A DNA stretch of 64,000 bases from a virus (lineage: Duplodnaviria > Heunggongvirae > Uroviricota > Caudoviricetes). Below the pieces are notes generated by a model. That model did no database searches. It saw only the letters and a program-made list of their open reading frames with translations, and was not told the DNA's origin. Shown piece after piece: positions 63,213 through 64,000 of this stretch. The stretch lies in the IMG/VR virus record IMGVR_UViG_3300043399_000676; one strand, given 5' to 3'. The position numbers were made by a program, and so were the translations under genes. The number at the start of each line of letters is the position of its first letter. Position 1 is the stretch's first letter.

Positions 63213-64000
63213 ATGGGCGTACAAAATCCTAATTCCACTCCATACATTCATCCTGACGAACCAAACTTAGTAAACCTACACAAAGCAATGGAGTATAACG
63301 ATCAGGGTAAACCTGTCGTTAGAGTTCAAGGCGGAGCAGATACATATGGTGTAAGTGTTAGTTGGGCAGATAGTCCTAGTATTACTTCATTCGGTAGGGC
63401 AAGAATGAGTGACAGTCGAATACTAGGGGAGTATCGATATCAGTATGGTGAAGGCACCCTATTTGAGATGAATGACTTCACTGCCGGTGGCGGTAGTATT
63501 TCAATGGACTATACTAGGGTATGTGCGTTAGGAAACATAGGTACTGCATCTGGTGATAGAGTAGTTAGACAAACTAAACAGTACCATCCTTACATATCAG
63601 GCACTAGTAATCTATTCTTCATTACCTATGTAATGAATGCTCCTAAAGAAAATCTAGTTCAAGCTGTGGGTGCGTTTGATGATGACAATGGTGTATTTTT
63701 TAGACTCAATGGACTAATTCCGCAGGTAGTTATAAGAAAGAATGGGGTCGATACTGAAGTAATTGATCAGGATGACTGGAACGTAGACAGAATGGATGGT
63801 AGTTTTGCAACAGATCCAGCAGGAAACCCTAGTCACTTAACAATTGACTTTAGTAAGGCGCAAATTCTTACCCTAGACTATCAATGGTTAGGCATCGGTA
63901 GAGTTAGAATTGGATTTGTAGTTGATGGCAAGATACATCATGTACATCATTTTCAACATGCTAACATAGTAACCGAAGTCTATATGACCCAACCTAGTTT
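63213..64000 (+). CDS. partial CDS (runs off the window end), probable structural protein
   Basis: ATG at 63213 with an open frame to the window end; β-rich composition. Confidence 0.35.
   Translation, partial: MGVQNPNSTPYIHPDEPNLVNLHKAMEYNDQGKPVVRVQGGADTYGVSVSWADSPSITSFGRARMSDSRILGEYRYQYGEGTLFEMNDFTAGGGSISMDYTRVCALGNIGTASGDRVVRQTKQYHPYISGTSNLFFITYVMNAPKENLVQAVGAFDDDNGVFFRLNGLIPQVVIRKNGVDTEVIDQDDWNVDRMDGSFATDPAGNPSHLTIDFSKAQILTLDYQWLGIGRVRIGFVVDGKIHHVHHFQHANIVTEVYMTQPS

Overview
The window is a segment of a lytic T4-like myovirus genome, and I read it as Tevenvirinae-type. The clearest evidence is a recognisable rIIA–rIIB pair. Supporting evidence is nrdA/nrdB, frd–td, Pnk plus RNA ligases, a tRNA cluster, and sigma70-type early promoters (TTGACA-17-TATAAT) in front of many short + strand operons. 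A NadV (NAMPT) gene plus a bifunctional NMNAT/Nudix (NatV-like) gene point to a KVP40-like lineage.

Gene layout: almost all genes are on the + strand. The clear exception is one GIY-YIG homing endonuclease on the − strand. Most long − strand ORFs in the track are antisense artefacts of + strand genes.

Main content, in order:
- a tRNA cluster (Leu-TAA, Met/Ile2-CAT, Gly-TCC, Ser-GCT, Arg-TCT, Thr-TGT) flanked by HNH and GIY-YIG homing endonucleases; one more tRNA (Leu-CAA) lies at 18.3 kb;
- inside the tRNA cluster, four copies of a structured spacer element with covarying terminal helices;
- an NAD salvage module (natV, a SLOG/DUF2493-like gene, nadV);
- nrdA, then an IscA/HesB-like gene, then nrdB;
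- an RNA-repair toolkit: a kinase-only Pnk, a KxNG Trl1/Rnl1-like ligase, an NgrRnl-like ligase, a mini Rnl2-like nucleotidyltransferase, a metallophosphoesterase and a PP-loop enzyme;
- a 15-gene tandem array of small, translationally coupled paralogues whose C-terminal '…LRW' codons double as the Shine-Dalgarno sequence of the next gene (40.9–44.5 kb);
- a fibre-like 688-aa gene whose SD is locked in an 18-bp hairpin;
- rIIA–[HNH homing endonuclease]–rIIB;
- a CobS/CobT-like AAA+/VWA pair;
- frd–td, a spanin-like pair, a second fibre-like gene and a methyltransferase.

Accessory genes include an outer-membrane β-barrel (Ail/Lom-like), an SPFH lipoprotein, a split rubrerythrin/rubredoxin pair, an SGNH hydrolase, a GNAT and an HldE-type sugar kinase. 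There is no CRISPR array and no integrase.
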